This document shows positions 17,484 through 26,219 of a stretch of 64,000 nt of DNA, one piece after another (position 1 is the stretch's first letter; every line of letters starts with the position of its first letter). Under the pieces are notes generated by a model. It saw nothing but the letters and a program-made list of their open reading frames with translations. It was not told the DNA's origin and did not search any database. The translations under genes were made by a program, and so were the position numbers. The stretch spans positions 2,033-66,032 of the forward strand of contig JBKHIY010000010.1 of the NCBI GenBank assembly GCA_046538415.1. Reading direction: 5' to 3'. This DNA is from Candidatus Brocadiia bacterium (GTDB taxonomy: Bacteria > Planctomycetota > PUPC01 > DSUN01).

Positions 17484-18628
17484 GCCCCACGCTGTTCATC
17501 GTGGCAGGCGAAAGCTCCGGCGACCTCCACGGCGCCAGCCTGGCCCGAGCCCTGCGCCAGCGGCGGCCCGAGCTGGCCCTGGCGGGCCTCGGCGGGCCGC
17601 GCATGGCGGAAGCCGGCGTGGACGTGGTGCGCGACGTCACCGCCCACGCCGCGGTGGGCATCTCCGAGGCCCTGGCCAGCGTGCGCACCGTGCTGAAGGC
17701 CTTCCGGGAAATGGTGGCGCTGCTCGAGGAGCGGCGGCCCGACGCCGTAGTGCTCATCGACTACCCGGAGTTCAACCTCCGCTTCGCCCGCAGGGCCCAC
17801 CGCCGCGGCATTCCCGTGTGCTACTATATCAGCCCCCAGGTGTGGGCCTGGCGGCAGCGGCGGGTGCGGGCCATCCGCCGCTACGTGGACCGTCTGCTGC
17901 TGGTGCTCCCCTTCGAGCACGACTTCTACGCCGCCCACGGCATCGAGGCCACGTTCGTGGGCCATCCCCTTCTCGACGTCCTCCACCCCTACCGCCACGA
18001 CCGCAGCTCGGCCCGCGACCTGGGCCTGCCCGAAGACCAGTTCCTCCTCGGCCTGCTGCCCGGGAGCCGCAAGCGCGAGGTGGCCGCGCTGCTGCCGCCC
18101 ATGCTGGGCGCCGCAGAGCGCCTGGAGAGCCACCTGGGCTCCCTCTCCGTGGCCCTCGCCCCCGCGCCCTCGGTGCCCGCCGAGGAGTACGAGAGCTGGC
18201 GAGGCCGCACCTCGCTGCCCTTCCGGCTCTTCCCCGGGAAGACCTACGAGGTGATGGCCGCCTGCGACCTGCTGCTCGTCGCCTCGGGCACTGCAACGCT
18301 GGAAGCGGGGATCATCGGCACCCCCATGATCGTCACCTACAAGGTCTCCCCGCTCTCCTGGCTGCTGGCGCGCCTCCTGGTGCGACGCATCCGCTATTGT
18401 TCCCTCGTGAACCTGGTGGCCGACCGCCAGGTGGTGCCCGAGCTGCTCCAGGGCGAGGCCACCGCGGAGAACATCGCCGACCACGCCCTGGCCCTCATCC
18501 GCGAGGGCCGCCTGGAGCAGGTGGGGCGCGAGCTCGCCGCCGACGTCCGGCCCCGACTAGGGCAGCCGGGGGCCTCGGGCCGGGCCGCTGAGGAGATCTT
18601 GGACCTCGTCGAACGCGAGGGAGCTTGA
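17480..18628 (+). CDS. lpxB: Lipid A disaccharide synthase
   Basis: AGESSGDLHG, IDYPEFN, YISPQVWAWR, FVGHPL, LPGSR, SGTATLE, ELLQ; ATGA overlap with the upstream gene. Confidence 0.95.
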   Translation: MSPTLFIVAGESSGDLHGASLARALRQRRPELALAGLGGPRMAEAGVDVVRDVTAHAAVGISEALASVRTVLKAFREMVALLEERRPDAVVLIDYPEFNLRFARRAHRRGIPVCYYISPQVWAWRQRRVRAIRRYVDRLLLVLPFEHDFYAAHGIEATFVGHPLLDVLHPYRHDRSSARDLGLPEDQFLLGLLPGSRKREVAALLPPMLGAAERLESHLGSLSVALAPAPSVPAEEYESWRGRTSLPFRLFPGKTYEVMAACDLLLVASGTATLEAGIIGTPMIVTYKVSPLSWLLARLLVRRIRYCSLVNLVADRQVVPELLQGEATAENIADHALALIREGRLEQVGRELAADVRPRLGQPGASGRAAEEILDLVEREGA

Positions 18629-18673
18629 GTTGGCCCTACGCCGATACAGGCCAGGAGGACGAACGGGAACGCC

Positions 18674-20479
18674 ATGAGCACCACACCCGCCCCTGCCGCC
18701 GAGCCTCGTACTCTCTCCCCTTGGACGACGGCCGTGATCGCGGCCCTGGGCATCGCGGCGCTCCTGGCGCTGCTCTTCCCCCACAAGGCGTTCGCGCTCC
18801 TGGGCGCCACGCCCCAGGAGCTGACCCAGCCGGTCACGGCCCGGGAGACCCTTCGCGAGGCCTACCTCGTCATCGCCGCCACCGTGGCCCTGGGGGCCAT
18901 GGTGTTCCTCGCCCTGTTCGGCTCGCAGCGCGTGCTGCGCGAGCCTTCCCTGCTGCTGGCCGCGCTCCTGGTGGGCCTGGTGGTCCACTCCCTGAGCGTG
19001 GCCCGCACCGGCTACGTGCCCGACCAGGCTTACGTGAATTTCGTGTACGCCCGCAATCTGGCGTCGGGGAGGCTGGCGTTCAACCCCGGGGAGGCCGTGC
19101 GGGGCTACAGCAGCTTCCTCCAGGTCGTGCTCCTCGCCCCTTTCGCCTGGCTGCCCACGGCTTTTTCGCTGCGGGTGGTGGCCCAGGGCATCGCCCTGGT
19201 GGCGTCGGTGCCCACCGTGTCGCTGGTCTATGCCCTGGGCCGGCGTCTGAACCCCGGGCGTCGCGCAACGTGGTCGCTCGCGGCGCCGCTGCTGTTGGTG
19301 CTCAGCCCCGGCTACACCCTGGCCTCGGCGATGGGCACGGAGACTCAGCTGGCCACCTTCCTGGTCATGCTGGGCGCCTTCCTCTACCTGGCGGCGCCGG
19401 GGAGGCGCAGCGGCTGGTGTTGGCCGGCGGCTTTTGCCCTCGCGGCGCTGGCGCGGCGCGAGGCCCTGCTCCTGCTCGTGGCTACGGTGGTCTTCGAAGC
19501 GGCGTCGGGCCGCACGCGGCGAGGGAGGGGCCGGCTGGCTCTGCGCTGCCTCCCAGCGCTGGCCATCCTGGTCGGCTACTACGTCGCATCGACGGCCTAC
19601 TTCGGCCACCTGCTCTCCACCGCGTTCCTGGCTGAGGGCGGAACGCGGCTGTCGGCGCACCGGCTGGGGCGGGGCGCTTACTACGCAGGAGCCTTCCTGT
19701 CGAAGGTCGTAGGGGTGAGCGTGTTCCTTGTGCCCCTGGCGATGGCGGTGCGTGGCATCGAACGGCGCCTGGCGTATGCGACCGTGCTGGTTGGGGTGGG
19801 CCTGGCCCACGCGTGCGTGAGCGGCGGGGGCGCGCTGCCCGGCTACCAGCTCCTGGCCCCCGTCTTGCCGTTGCTCTACTTCGCGCTCCAGGAGAGTGCG
19901 GCGGCGCTCTACCACGATCTCCTTCCCCGCGCCCGCGGCGGCGCGACGGCGCTGAACGTGGTGCTCGCCTTCGCCCTGCTCTTCGCCTTCCCTGTGCCCT
20001 ACTTCCGCCGGGAGGTGGCGCTGCTCGGGCAGATCGACGGCCTACACGCGGCGGACTCTCGAAGCCTCCGCCACCTGGGCTTCGCCCTCCGTCGGGAAGA
20101 GGCGGGGACTTCGGTCGCCATTCGCTACCCCGGCCAGGTCAAGTTCCTGTCGGGCGCCACGGTGATCGACCTCAGCGGGGGCTGCGACCGGACGGTCGCC
20201 CGCCTGGGCGAGGGGGCGGCTCCCTACGTGCTGGCACGCAGACCCGACTACCTGGTGCTGGCCGCCAGCTTCCAGTCGGAGACGGGCGACGAGGCTTCGC
20301 TGCTCGGCGGCCTGGAGCGTCGGCTCTACCGCTCGGAGGCCTTCCGCGAGCACTACGCCTTCGACCGCGCCCTCACCCGCTTCGAGCCCCGGGACGGCGC
20401 CCCGGGGGAGTACCTCTGGGTGTTCAAGCGACGGGGGAAGCAGAGCCCGACGGCGTCGGCACCCCGACCCGGGCTCTAG
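18674..20479 (+). CDS. Polytopic membrane protein, GT-C (AftB/PMT-like) family
   Basis: DQAYVNFVYARNLASG..FNPGE..GYSS loop, many TM helices, C-terminal VID..YVLARRPDYLV domain. Confidence 0.6.
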   Translation: MSTTPAPAAEPRTLSPWTTAVIAALGIAALLALLFPHKAFALLGATPQELTQPVTARETLREAYLVIAATVALGAMVFLALFGSQRVLREPSLLLAALLVGLVVHSLSVARTGYVPDQAYVNFVYARNLASGRLAFNPGEAVRGYSSFLQVVLLAPFAWLPTAFSLRVVAQGIALVASVPTVSLVYALGRRLNPGRRATWSLAAPLLLVLSPGYTLASAMGTETQLATFLVMLGAFLYLAAPGRRSGWCWPAAFALAALARREALLLLVATVVFEAASGRTRRGRGRLALRCLPALAILVGYYVASTAYFGHLLSTAFLAEGGTRLSAHRLGRGAYYAGAFLSKVVGVSVFLVPLAMAVRGIERRLAYATVLVGVGLAHACVSGGGALPGYQLLAPVLPLLYFALQESAAALYHDLLPRARGGATALNVVLAFALLFAFPVPYFRREVALLGQIDGLHAADSRSLRHLGFALRREEAGTSVAIRYPGQVKFLSGATVIDLSGGCDRTVARLGEGAAPYVLARRPDYLVLAASFQSETGDEASLLGGLERRLYRSEAFREHYAFDRALTRFEPRDGAPGEYLWVFKRRGKQSPTASAPRPGL

Positions 20480-21702
20480 AGCAGAATCCCTGCGATAGAC
20501 GCAGTGAGGAAGGAGGCGATGGCCCCGCCGGCCAGGGCTCGCAAGGCGAGCTGGGAGAGGTCGGGCCGCCGCTCGGGCGCGATGCCCCCCAGACCGCCGA
20601 TGAGGATGCCTACGGAACCGAAGTTCGCGAACCCGCACAGCGCGTAGGTGGCGATGATCGTCGAGCGCGCCGAGAGCTGGGCCTTGGCCTCCACCAACTG
20701 CTGGTAGGCGATAAACTCGTTGGCGCTGATCTTGATGCCCATCAGCGAGCCTACCGTCGCCGCCTCGTCCCAGGGCACACCCATGGCGAACGCCAGGGGC
20801 CGGAAGACGAAGCCGAAAACCTCCTGGAGGCTGGCGGGGAACCCCTCCCAGCCCAGCCACCGGGCACAGCCGGCGTGGGCCTGGCCCAGCAGGTAGTTCA
20901 CCAGGGCCAGGAGGGCGAGGAAGGCGATGAGCATGGCGCCCACGTTGAGCGCCAGCCGCAGCCCGTCGCTGGCCCCCGCCGCGGCAGCATCGATGACGTT
21001 CCGCGTCGTCCGCTCGCGGTGCACCCGGACCCTCCCCGCGGTCTCCGACTCCTCCGTCTCCGGGATCATGATCTTGGCCACCACCAACGCCGCGGGCGCA
21101 GACATCACGCTGGCGCACAGCAGATGCCCGGCATCGATGCCGAAGCTGGCGTACATGGCCAGCACACTGCCCGCAATGGTCGCCAGGCCTCCGGTCATCA
21201 CCGCCATCAGCTCCGAATCCGTGAGCCCCCTCACGTAGGGCCGAATCATCAGCGGGGCCTCGGTCATGCCCACGAACACGTTGCCCGCCGCGGAGAGCGA
21301 CTCCGCCCCGCTCAGGCCCATGGTCCGGCGCATCACCCACGCCATCGCCGCCACCACCCGCTGCATCACCCCCAGGTGGTAGAGGATACCCATCAGGGAG
21401 GCGAAGAAGATGAGCACCGGCAGCATCTGAAACGCCACCAGCTCGCCAGCCCACTGGCCGAAGAGGAACTCACTGCCCTCAGCCGTGAACCCGATGAGCC
21501 GCGTGAAGGCGTCCCGAGCCGCGGCGAACACTACCTCCCCGGGCCGGGTGCGCAGGATCAGAACGGCGAAGACCAATTGCAGCCCCAAACCCCACAGCAC
21601 CGTGCGCCATGGGATGCGGCGGCGGTGACGCGACAGCGCCAGCGCGATGCCGAGAAGCGCCACCACGCCCAGAAGCCCTGAGAAACGTCCCGCGATCCCC
21701 AT
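20476..21702 (-). CDS. nupC: Concentrative nucleoside transporter (CNT/NupC)
   Basis: N.FVGMTEAP, G.ATIAGSVL, NEFIAY, YALCGFANFGS; AAGGAGG RBS before ATG 21702. Confidence 0.92.
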   Translation of the reverse strand: MGIAGRFSGLLGVVALLGIALALSRHRRRIPWRTVLWGLGLQLVFAVLILRTRPGEVVFAAARDAFTRLIGFTAEGSEFLFGQWAGELVAFQMLPVLIFFASLMGILYHLGVMQRVVAAMAWVMRRTMGLSGAESLSAAGNVFVGMTEAPLMIRPYVRGLTDSELMAVMTGGLATIAGSVLAMYASFGIDAGHLLCASVMSAPAALVVAKIMIPETEESETAGRVRVHRERTTRNVIDAAAAGASDGLRLALNVGAMLIAFLALLALVNYLLGQAHAGCARWLGWEGFPASLQEVFGFVFRPLAFAMGVPWDEAATVGSLMGIKISANEFIAYQQLVEAKAQLSARSTIIATYALCGFANFGSVGILIGGLGGIAPERRPDLSQLALRALAGGAIASFLTASIAGILL

Positions 21703-21906
21703 CACGTAGACCCTCCTTGGAAGCCGCAGTGAGGGAACATTCGCTGGCAAGCGGCCCACGAATGAACACCAAATAGCGGGGAGCGTCAAGGCCGAGGGAC
21801 CGGCCGACCGTCCGTGGAGCATGGCCAGACGCCCCGGCGGCCGCCGAGAGGGCATCGTGAGCGGGAGTGGAGAGAGAAGTGGCGCGGGGGGCGAGGAGCG
21901 GGCGGC

Positions 21907-22575
21907 TCAGGTCGCCTCGGGGTCGAGGCCCACGGCTTCCTCGGCCCGCCGCGTGGCCTCCTTGAGACCCTGCTCCACCCGCAGGCGCCAGCGCTCGACC
22001 TCCTGCCCGGAAACCTCCCGGGGCACGTGGATGGGCTCGCCATAGACCAGCCGGGCACGCGACCACGGCTTGGGCACGCGGAAGCGGTCCCAGGAACGAA
22101 ACTCCCAGTACCGCGAGGAGGCGAAGCCCATGGGCACCACGGGGGCGCCCGCCTTCTGGGCCAGGTAGACCACCCCCGGCTGGACGACGTAGCGGGGCCC
22201 CAGCGGACCGTCGGGGGTGATGCCCACGTCGCAGCCCTCCCGCATCATCTTGACCAGCCGCATCAGGGCCCGGGCCGCCCCGTGGGTGGTCGAGCCGCGC
22301 ACGCAAGTGTAGCCCAGGCGGCCGAGCACCCGCGCGATGAGCTCCCCATCGGCGTGCTCGCTCACCAGCACCACCCCCCCGGTGTGGCGGTGGTGGAACA
22401 GAGGCACGAGCTGCTGGGAGTGCCAGCTCGGAAAGCACGCGCTCCCGTGTCGGCGGCGCAACTCCTCGAGCCGCTCGTCACCCGCTACGCTCAGGCGCAG
22501 CGAGTGGCACAACGCGGTGTAGACGCGAGTCCCCACCCACTCGGCCAGGAACGCCTTGGTGCGGTCCCATGCCAC
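21907..22575 (-). CDS. DUF374 / LpxJ-like lipid acyltransferase family protein
   Basis: WHSQQL, VSEHADGE, VRGST, ITPDGP.GP, WDRF.VPKP. Confidence 0.75.
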   Translation of the reverse strand: MAWDRTKAFLAEWVGTRVYTALCHSLRLSVAGDERLEELRRRHGSACFPSWHSQQLVPLFHHRHTGGVVLVSEHADGELIARVLGRLGYTCVRGSTTHGAARALMRLVKMMREGCDVGITPDGPLGPRYVVQPGVVYLAQKAGAPVVPMGFASSRYWEFRSWDRFRVPKPWSRARLVYGEPIHVPREVSGQEVERWRLRVEQGLKEATRRAEEAVGLDPEAT

Positions 22576-22586
22576 GGCGCGGTCCC

Positions 22587-23876
22587 TCAGCGTGCGACGA
22601 GGCCCCGGATGCGGCGGCGCTGAGCCCAGGAGCTGGGCCCCACGACCACCAGGCTGCGGCGCGAGGGCCGGAAGACCTCCTGGGCCACAGCCCGGATCTC
22701 CTCGGCGGTGATGCTCTTGAGCCGCTTGGCTTCCTCGGTGGGGGTGACCAGGCGCTGGGGGGCGAGGAGGATCTCGCGGACCCCCAGCCAGTCGGCCACG
22801 TCCGGCGGGCTGTCCTCCAGAATCTCCATCTGACAGGCCACGCGGTCCTTGAACATCTGAAGGGTGGCCTCGTCCAGTCCCTGATCAGCCAGGCGGCGCA
22901 CCTCCTCGAGGGCTCCCTCCACGGCGTCGGCGGCCCGCTCCCGCCGCGTGGTCGTCGCGATGTCGACCCATCCGCAGTCGGAGAACAGCGTGGTGTTGGA
23001 GCAGACGTCGTAGACCAGGCCATCGCGCTCGCGGAGCCGCGAGAAGAGGCGGGAGGTGACCCCCCCGCCAAGAATGTCGCTGGCCACGAGCACACGGTAG
23101 AACTTCGGGTCGTGGTAGGAGCACGCCTTGTGGCACAGCTTCAGGTGGGCCATGCGGGTGGGGGCTCTGCGGAAGGCGTGGCGGGCCGAGGCCTGGACGT
23201 CGCGCAGGGGCGCGGGGGTAGCAGCGTGGCCCCTTTCCAGCGAGCCGAAGCGCTCGCTCAGGAGGTCAACCACCTCGTCCTGGGGATAGTTGCCGGCCAC
23301 GCACACCACCATGTTGGCCGCCTGGAGGAAGCGATGGTAGTGCGCGGCCAGTTCGTCCTCGCCGAATCGAGCGAGGTTGCGCTCGTAGCCCAGGCAACTG
23401 AAGCTGTGGGCCTGGGAGGGCCACATCAGCTCGTAGGACAGCTCGTCGAGGTTCACGTCCTCGCCGGCCACGTCGCGGTAGTGGCTCATCTCCTCGATCA
23501 CCACCCGCCGCTCGGTCTCCACGTGGTCGCGGGCGAAGGTGGGGTGCAGGACGACCTCGGCCAGCAACTCCAGCCCCCGCAGGAAGTGGCGGCTGTGGCA
23601 ACTGACCATCAGCTCGGTGTACTCGGGCATCGTGGCGCCGTTGAGCTCGGCACCGATGGCGTCGATCTCCCGCGACACCGCCTCGGGCTCGGGAAGACGG
23701 CGAGTGCCCTTGAAGAGCACGTGCTCGGCGAAATGGGACAGGCCGTTGGTCTCCCTGGTCTCGAACCGCGGGCCCATCCGCAGGTAGACGGTGGCGATGG
23801 CCGAGTGGAAGCCCGCCATGCGCACGAAGATCGCGCGCAGGCCGTTGGGCAGTTGCTCGCGGGTAGCTTCTATCAT
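22587..23876 (-). CDS. M16 family (pitrilysin-like) zinc peptidase
   Basis: GLSHFAEH..FKGT inverzincin HxxEH, ER.VV.EE, C-terminal SRLF..LRE..GLVY. Confidence 0.9.
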   Translation of the reverse strand: MIEATREQLPNGLRAIFVRMAGFHSAIATVYLRMGPRFETRETNGLSHFAEHVLFKGTRRLPEPEAVSREIDAIGAELNGATMPEYTELMVSCHSRHFLRGLELLAEVVLHPTFARDHVETERRVVIEEMSHYRDVAGEDVNLDELSYELMWPSQAHSFSCLGYERNLARFGEDELAAHYHRFLQAANMVVCVAGNYPQDEVVDLLSERFGSLERGHAATPAPLRDVQASARHAFRRAPTRMAHLKLCHKACSYHDPKFYRVLVASDILGGGVTSRLFSRLRERDGLVYDVCSNTTLFSDCGWVDIATTTRRERAADAVEGALEEVRRLADQGLDEATLQMFKDRVACQMEILEDSPPDVADWLGVREILLAPQRLVTPTEEAKRLKSITAEEIRAVAQEVFRPSRRSLVVVGPSSWAQRRRIRGLVAR

Positions 23877-23969
23877 CGCTCCGGGAGCCCCGTCTGCGGG
23901 CCCCTGGTGCCGGCGGCCGCGCCTCGCGGCGGGACGACCGGGCGCCGGGGACCGCCCTCACGGGCACGC

Positions 23970-24965
23970 TCAGAATTGCTCGAGGAAGCGAACGTCGTTC
24001 TCGAGGAGAAGACGGATGTCCGGGATGCCGAACTTGAGCAGGGCAATGCGGTCGATGCCGATGCCGAAGGCGAAGCCCGTGTAGCGCTCGGGGTCGTAGC
24101 CCACCGCCTCGAACACCCGGGGGTGGACCATGCCCGCGCCCAGCAGCTCCAGCCACCGCCGCTCCCCGCCCACGTCGCACAGCACATCCACCTCGGCGCT
24201 GGGTTCGGTGAAGGGGAAGAAGGAGGGGCGGAAGCGCGTCGCCGTCTCGGGGCCGAATAGCTCCCGCATGGCCATGGTGAGCACGGCCTTGAGGTCTGCG
24301 AACGTTATCCCCTCGTCCACGGCCAGCCCCTCGAGCTGGTGGAACACCGGGGAGTGGGTGGCGTCGGCGGTGTCGGGGCGGTACACCCTGCCGGGCACGA
24401 TCACCCGCACGGGCGGCTGGCGCTGCTCCATCACCCGCACCTGGACCGGCGAGGTGTGGGAGCGGAGCACCACGTCGTCCTCGATGTAGAAGGTATCGAA
24501 GCTGTCGCGGGACGGATGGTCGGCGGGGATGTTGAGGGCCTCGAAGTTGTAGTACTCCAGCTCCACCTCGGGCCCGGTGGCCACCTCGAAGCCGAGGCGC
24601 AGGAAGACCTCCCGCAGCTCGCTCTCGGCGCGGCGGATGGGGTGCTCCCGCCCGATGGGAGGGTGGACGCCGGGGAGCGTGATGTCGATGCCCGGCGCGG
24701 CCACCTGGGCTTCCAGGCGCTCGAGCAAGGCGCGGCGGGCGTCGAGGGCGGCCTGGATGGCCTCCTTGGCCGCGTTGGCGGCGCGCCCTGCGGCGGGCCG
24801 CTGCTCGGCCGGCAGCTCGGCGAGGCCCCGCATGGCCTGTTTGAGAGCGCCGCGCCGGCCGAGATAGGCCACGCGGGCCTCCTCGAGCTCGTCGAGGGTA
24901 TCGGCCGCTTCGATCCGGGCCAATGCTTCCTCGTGCAGGTCTTGGAAGGTTTGCTGCATGCCCAT
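23970..24965 (-). CDS. pheS: Phenylalanine-tRNA ligase alpha subunit
   Basis: NFEALNIP.DHPSR, LRSHTSPVQ, FRPSFFPFTEPS, GFAFGIG. Confidence 0.97.
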   Translation of the reverse strand: MGMQQTFQDLHEEALARIEAADTLDELEEARVAYLGRRGALKQAMRGLAELPAEQRPAAGRAANAAKEAIQAALDARRALLERLEAQVAAPGIDITLPGVHPPIGREHPIRRAESELREVFLRLGFEVATGPEVELEYYNFEALNIPADHPSRDSFDTFYIEDDVVLRSHTSPVQVRVMEQRQPPVRVIVPGRVYRPDTADATHSPVFHQLEGLAVDEGITFADLKAVLTMAMRELFGPETATRFRPSFFPFTEPSAEVDVLCDVGGERRWLELLGAGMVHPRVFEAVGYDPERYTGFAFGIGIDRIALLKFGIPDIRLLLENDVRFLEQF

Positions 24966-24983
24966 CGGCCTCGACGGGTGGGG

Positions 24984-25340
24984 CTAGTCCTTCGTCCCCC
25001 GGGCGACGTCCACCAGACGGTCGAACCCCTGGGGGTCGGAGACGGCGATCTCGGCGAGCATCTTGCGGTTCAGGCCCACCTCCGCCTGTCGGAGCCCGTG
25101 GACGAACTGGTTGTAGGCCAGGCCTCGCTGGCGACAGGCGGCCCCGATGCGGGTGATCCACAGGGCCCGGAAGTCGCGCTTGCGGTTCCGCCGGTCCCGG
25201 TAGGCGAACTGGCGGGCCCGCAGGACGGACTCCTTGGCCGTGCGGTAGAGGCGGGAGCGTCCGCCGCGATGACCGCGGGCGGCCTTGATATCGCGCTTGT
25301 GGCGGCGGCGGCGGCTGGGGGATAGGCTGACACGTGGCAT
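24984..25340 (-). CDS. rplT: 50S ribosomal protein L20
   Basis: AYRDRRNRKRDFRALWITRI, LNRKMLAE. Confidence 0.96.
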   Translation of the reverse strand: MPRVSLSPSRRRRHKRDIKAARGHRGGRSRLYRTAKESVLRARQFAYRDRRNRKRDFRALWITRIGAACRQRGLAYNQFVHGLRQAEVGLNRKMLAEIAVSDPQGFDRLVDVARGTKD

Positions 25341-25401
25341 GGGGGTCTCTCCTCGGGGCGGCTGGACGCCGGAGCGCGGACCTGGGCGGGGGCAGGGGCC
25401 T

Positions 25402-25599
25402 TCAGTAGCCGCCGAGCTTGCGCACGGCCTCCTTGGCGAACTTGCCCTTCAGGGTGTCCTTGTGGCGCAACTGGCGCGACTTCTTGCCGCTCTTGCTGCT
25501 CATCAGGTGGCTCTTGCCGGCCTTGCGCCGCACGATCTTCTTGTTGCGGGTCACCCGCACTCGGGCTGCGAGTCCCTTGTGGGTCTTGAGCTTGGGCAT
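25402..25599 (-). CDS. rpmI: 50S ribosomal protein L35
   Basis: MPKLKTHKG..H..S.KSGK. Confidence 0.94.
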   Translation of the reverse strand: MPKLKTHKGLAARVRVTRNKKIVRRKAGKSHLMSSKSGKKSRQLRHKDTLKGKFAKEAVRKLGGY

Positions 25600-25699
25600 G
25601 GGTTCCCATCCAGTGGAGCGTTTCCTGGGCACATGCGAAGCCGGTGGCTGCCGCCCCTGGGGGCGGGGTGCCCTCCGGGGGATTCTCGCCGGGGGCGAG

Positions 25700-26206
25700 C
25701 TACTTGGGGGTCAGGAGCATGGTCATCCGTCGCCCCTCGGCCCTGGCTTCGCGCTCGATCTTTGCGACGTCGTCGAGCATTCCCGAGAACTTGGCGAGCA
25801 CCTGGTATCCGAGCTCTCTGTGGGCCATTTCGCGGCCTTTGAAGAAGACGTTCACCTGGATCTTGTCGCCCAGTCCCAGGAGCTTTCGGGCGTGGCGTGC
25901 CTTGAACTCCAGGTCGTGGTCCTGGGTCTTGGGGTGCAGGCGGATCTCCTTGGTGTGCACGCGGTGGTGATGGGCTCTGGCCTCGTGTGCCCGCTTCTTC
26001 TGGCGGTACTTGTACTTGCCATAGTCCATCAGCCTGCACACGGGCGGATTGGCGTGGGGAGCGACCTCCACGAGGTCGCGCTTGTTCTCGCGAGCGACTT
26101 GCATGGCGTCGCCCAGCGACTTGATGCCCAGCTGCTCGCCGTCCTCGCCGATCAGCCGCACCTGGGGGCTGCGAATCTGCTCGTTGACTCTCAGTTCGTG
26201 CGGAAT
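25700..26206 (-). CDS. infC: Translation initiation factor IF-3 with ATT start
   Basis: In-frame ATT-CCG-CAC-GAA..RVNEQIR..VRLIG extends the listed ORF; GGAGGA 8 nt upstream; PPVCRLMDYGK. Confidence 0.93.
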   Translation of the reverse strand: MPHELRVNEQIRSPQVRLIGEDGEQLGIKSLGDAMQVARENKRDLVEVAPHANPPVCRLMDYGKYKYRQKKRAHEARAHHHRVHTKEIRLHPKTQDHDLEFKARHARKLLGLGDKIQVNVFFKGREMAHRELGYQVLAKFSGMLDDVAKIEREARAEGRRMTMLLTPK

Positions 26207-26219
26207 GGAACACGTCCTC

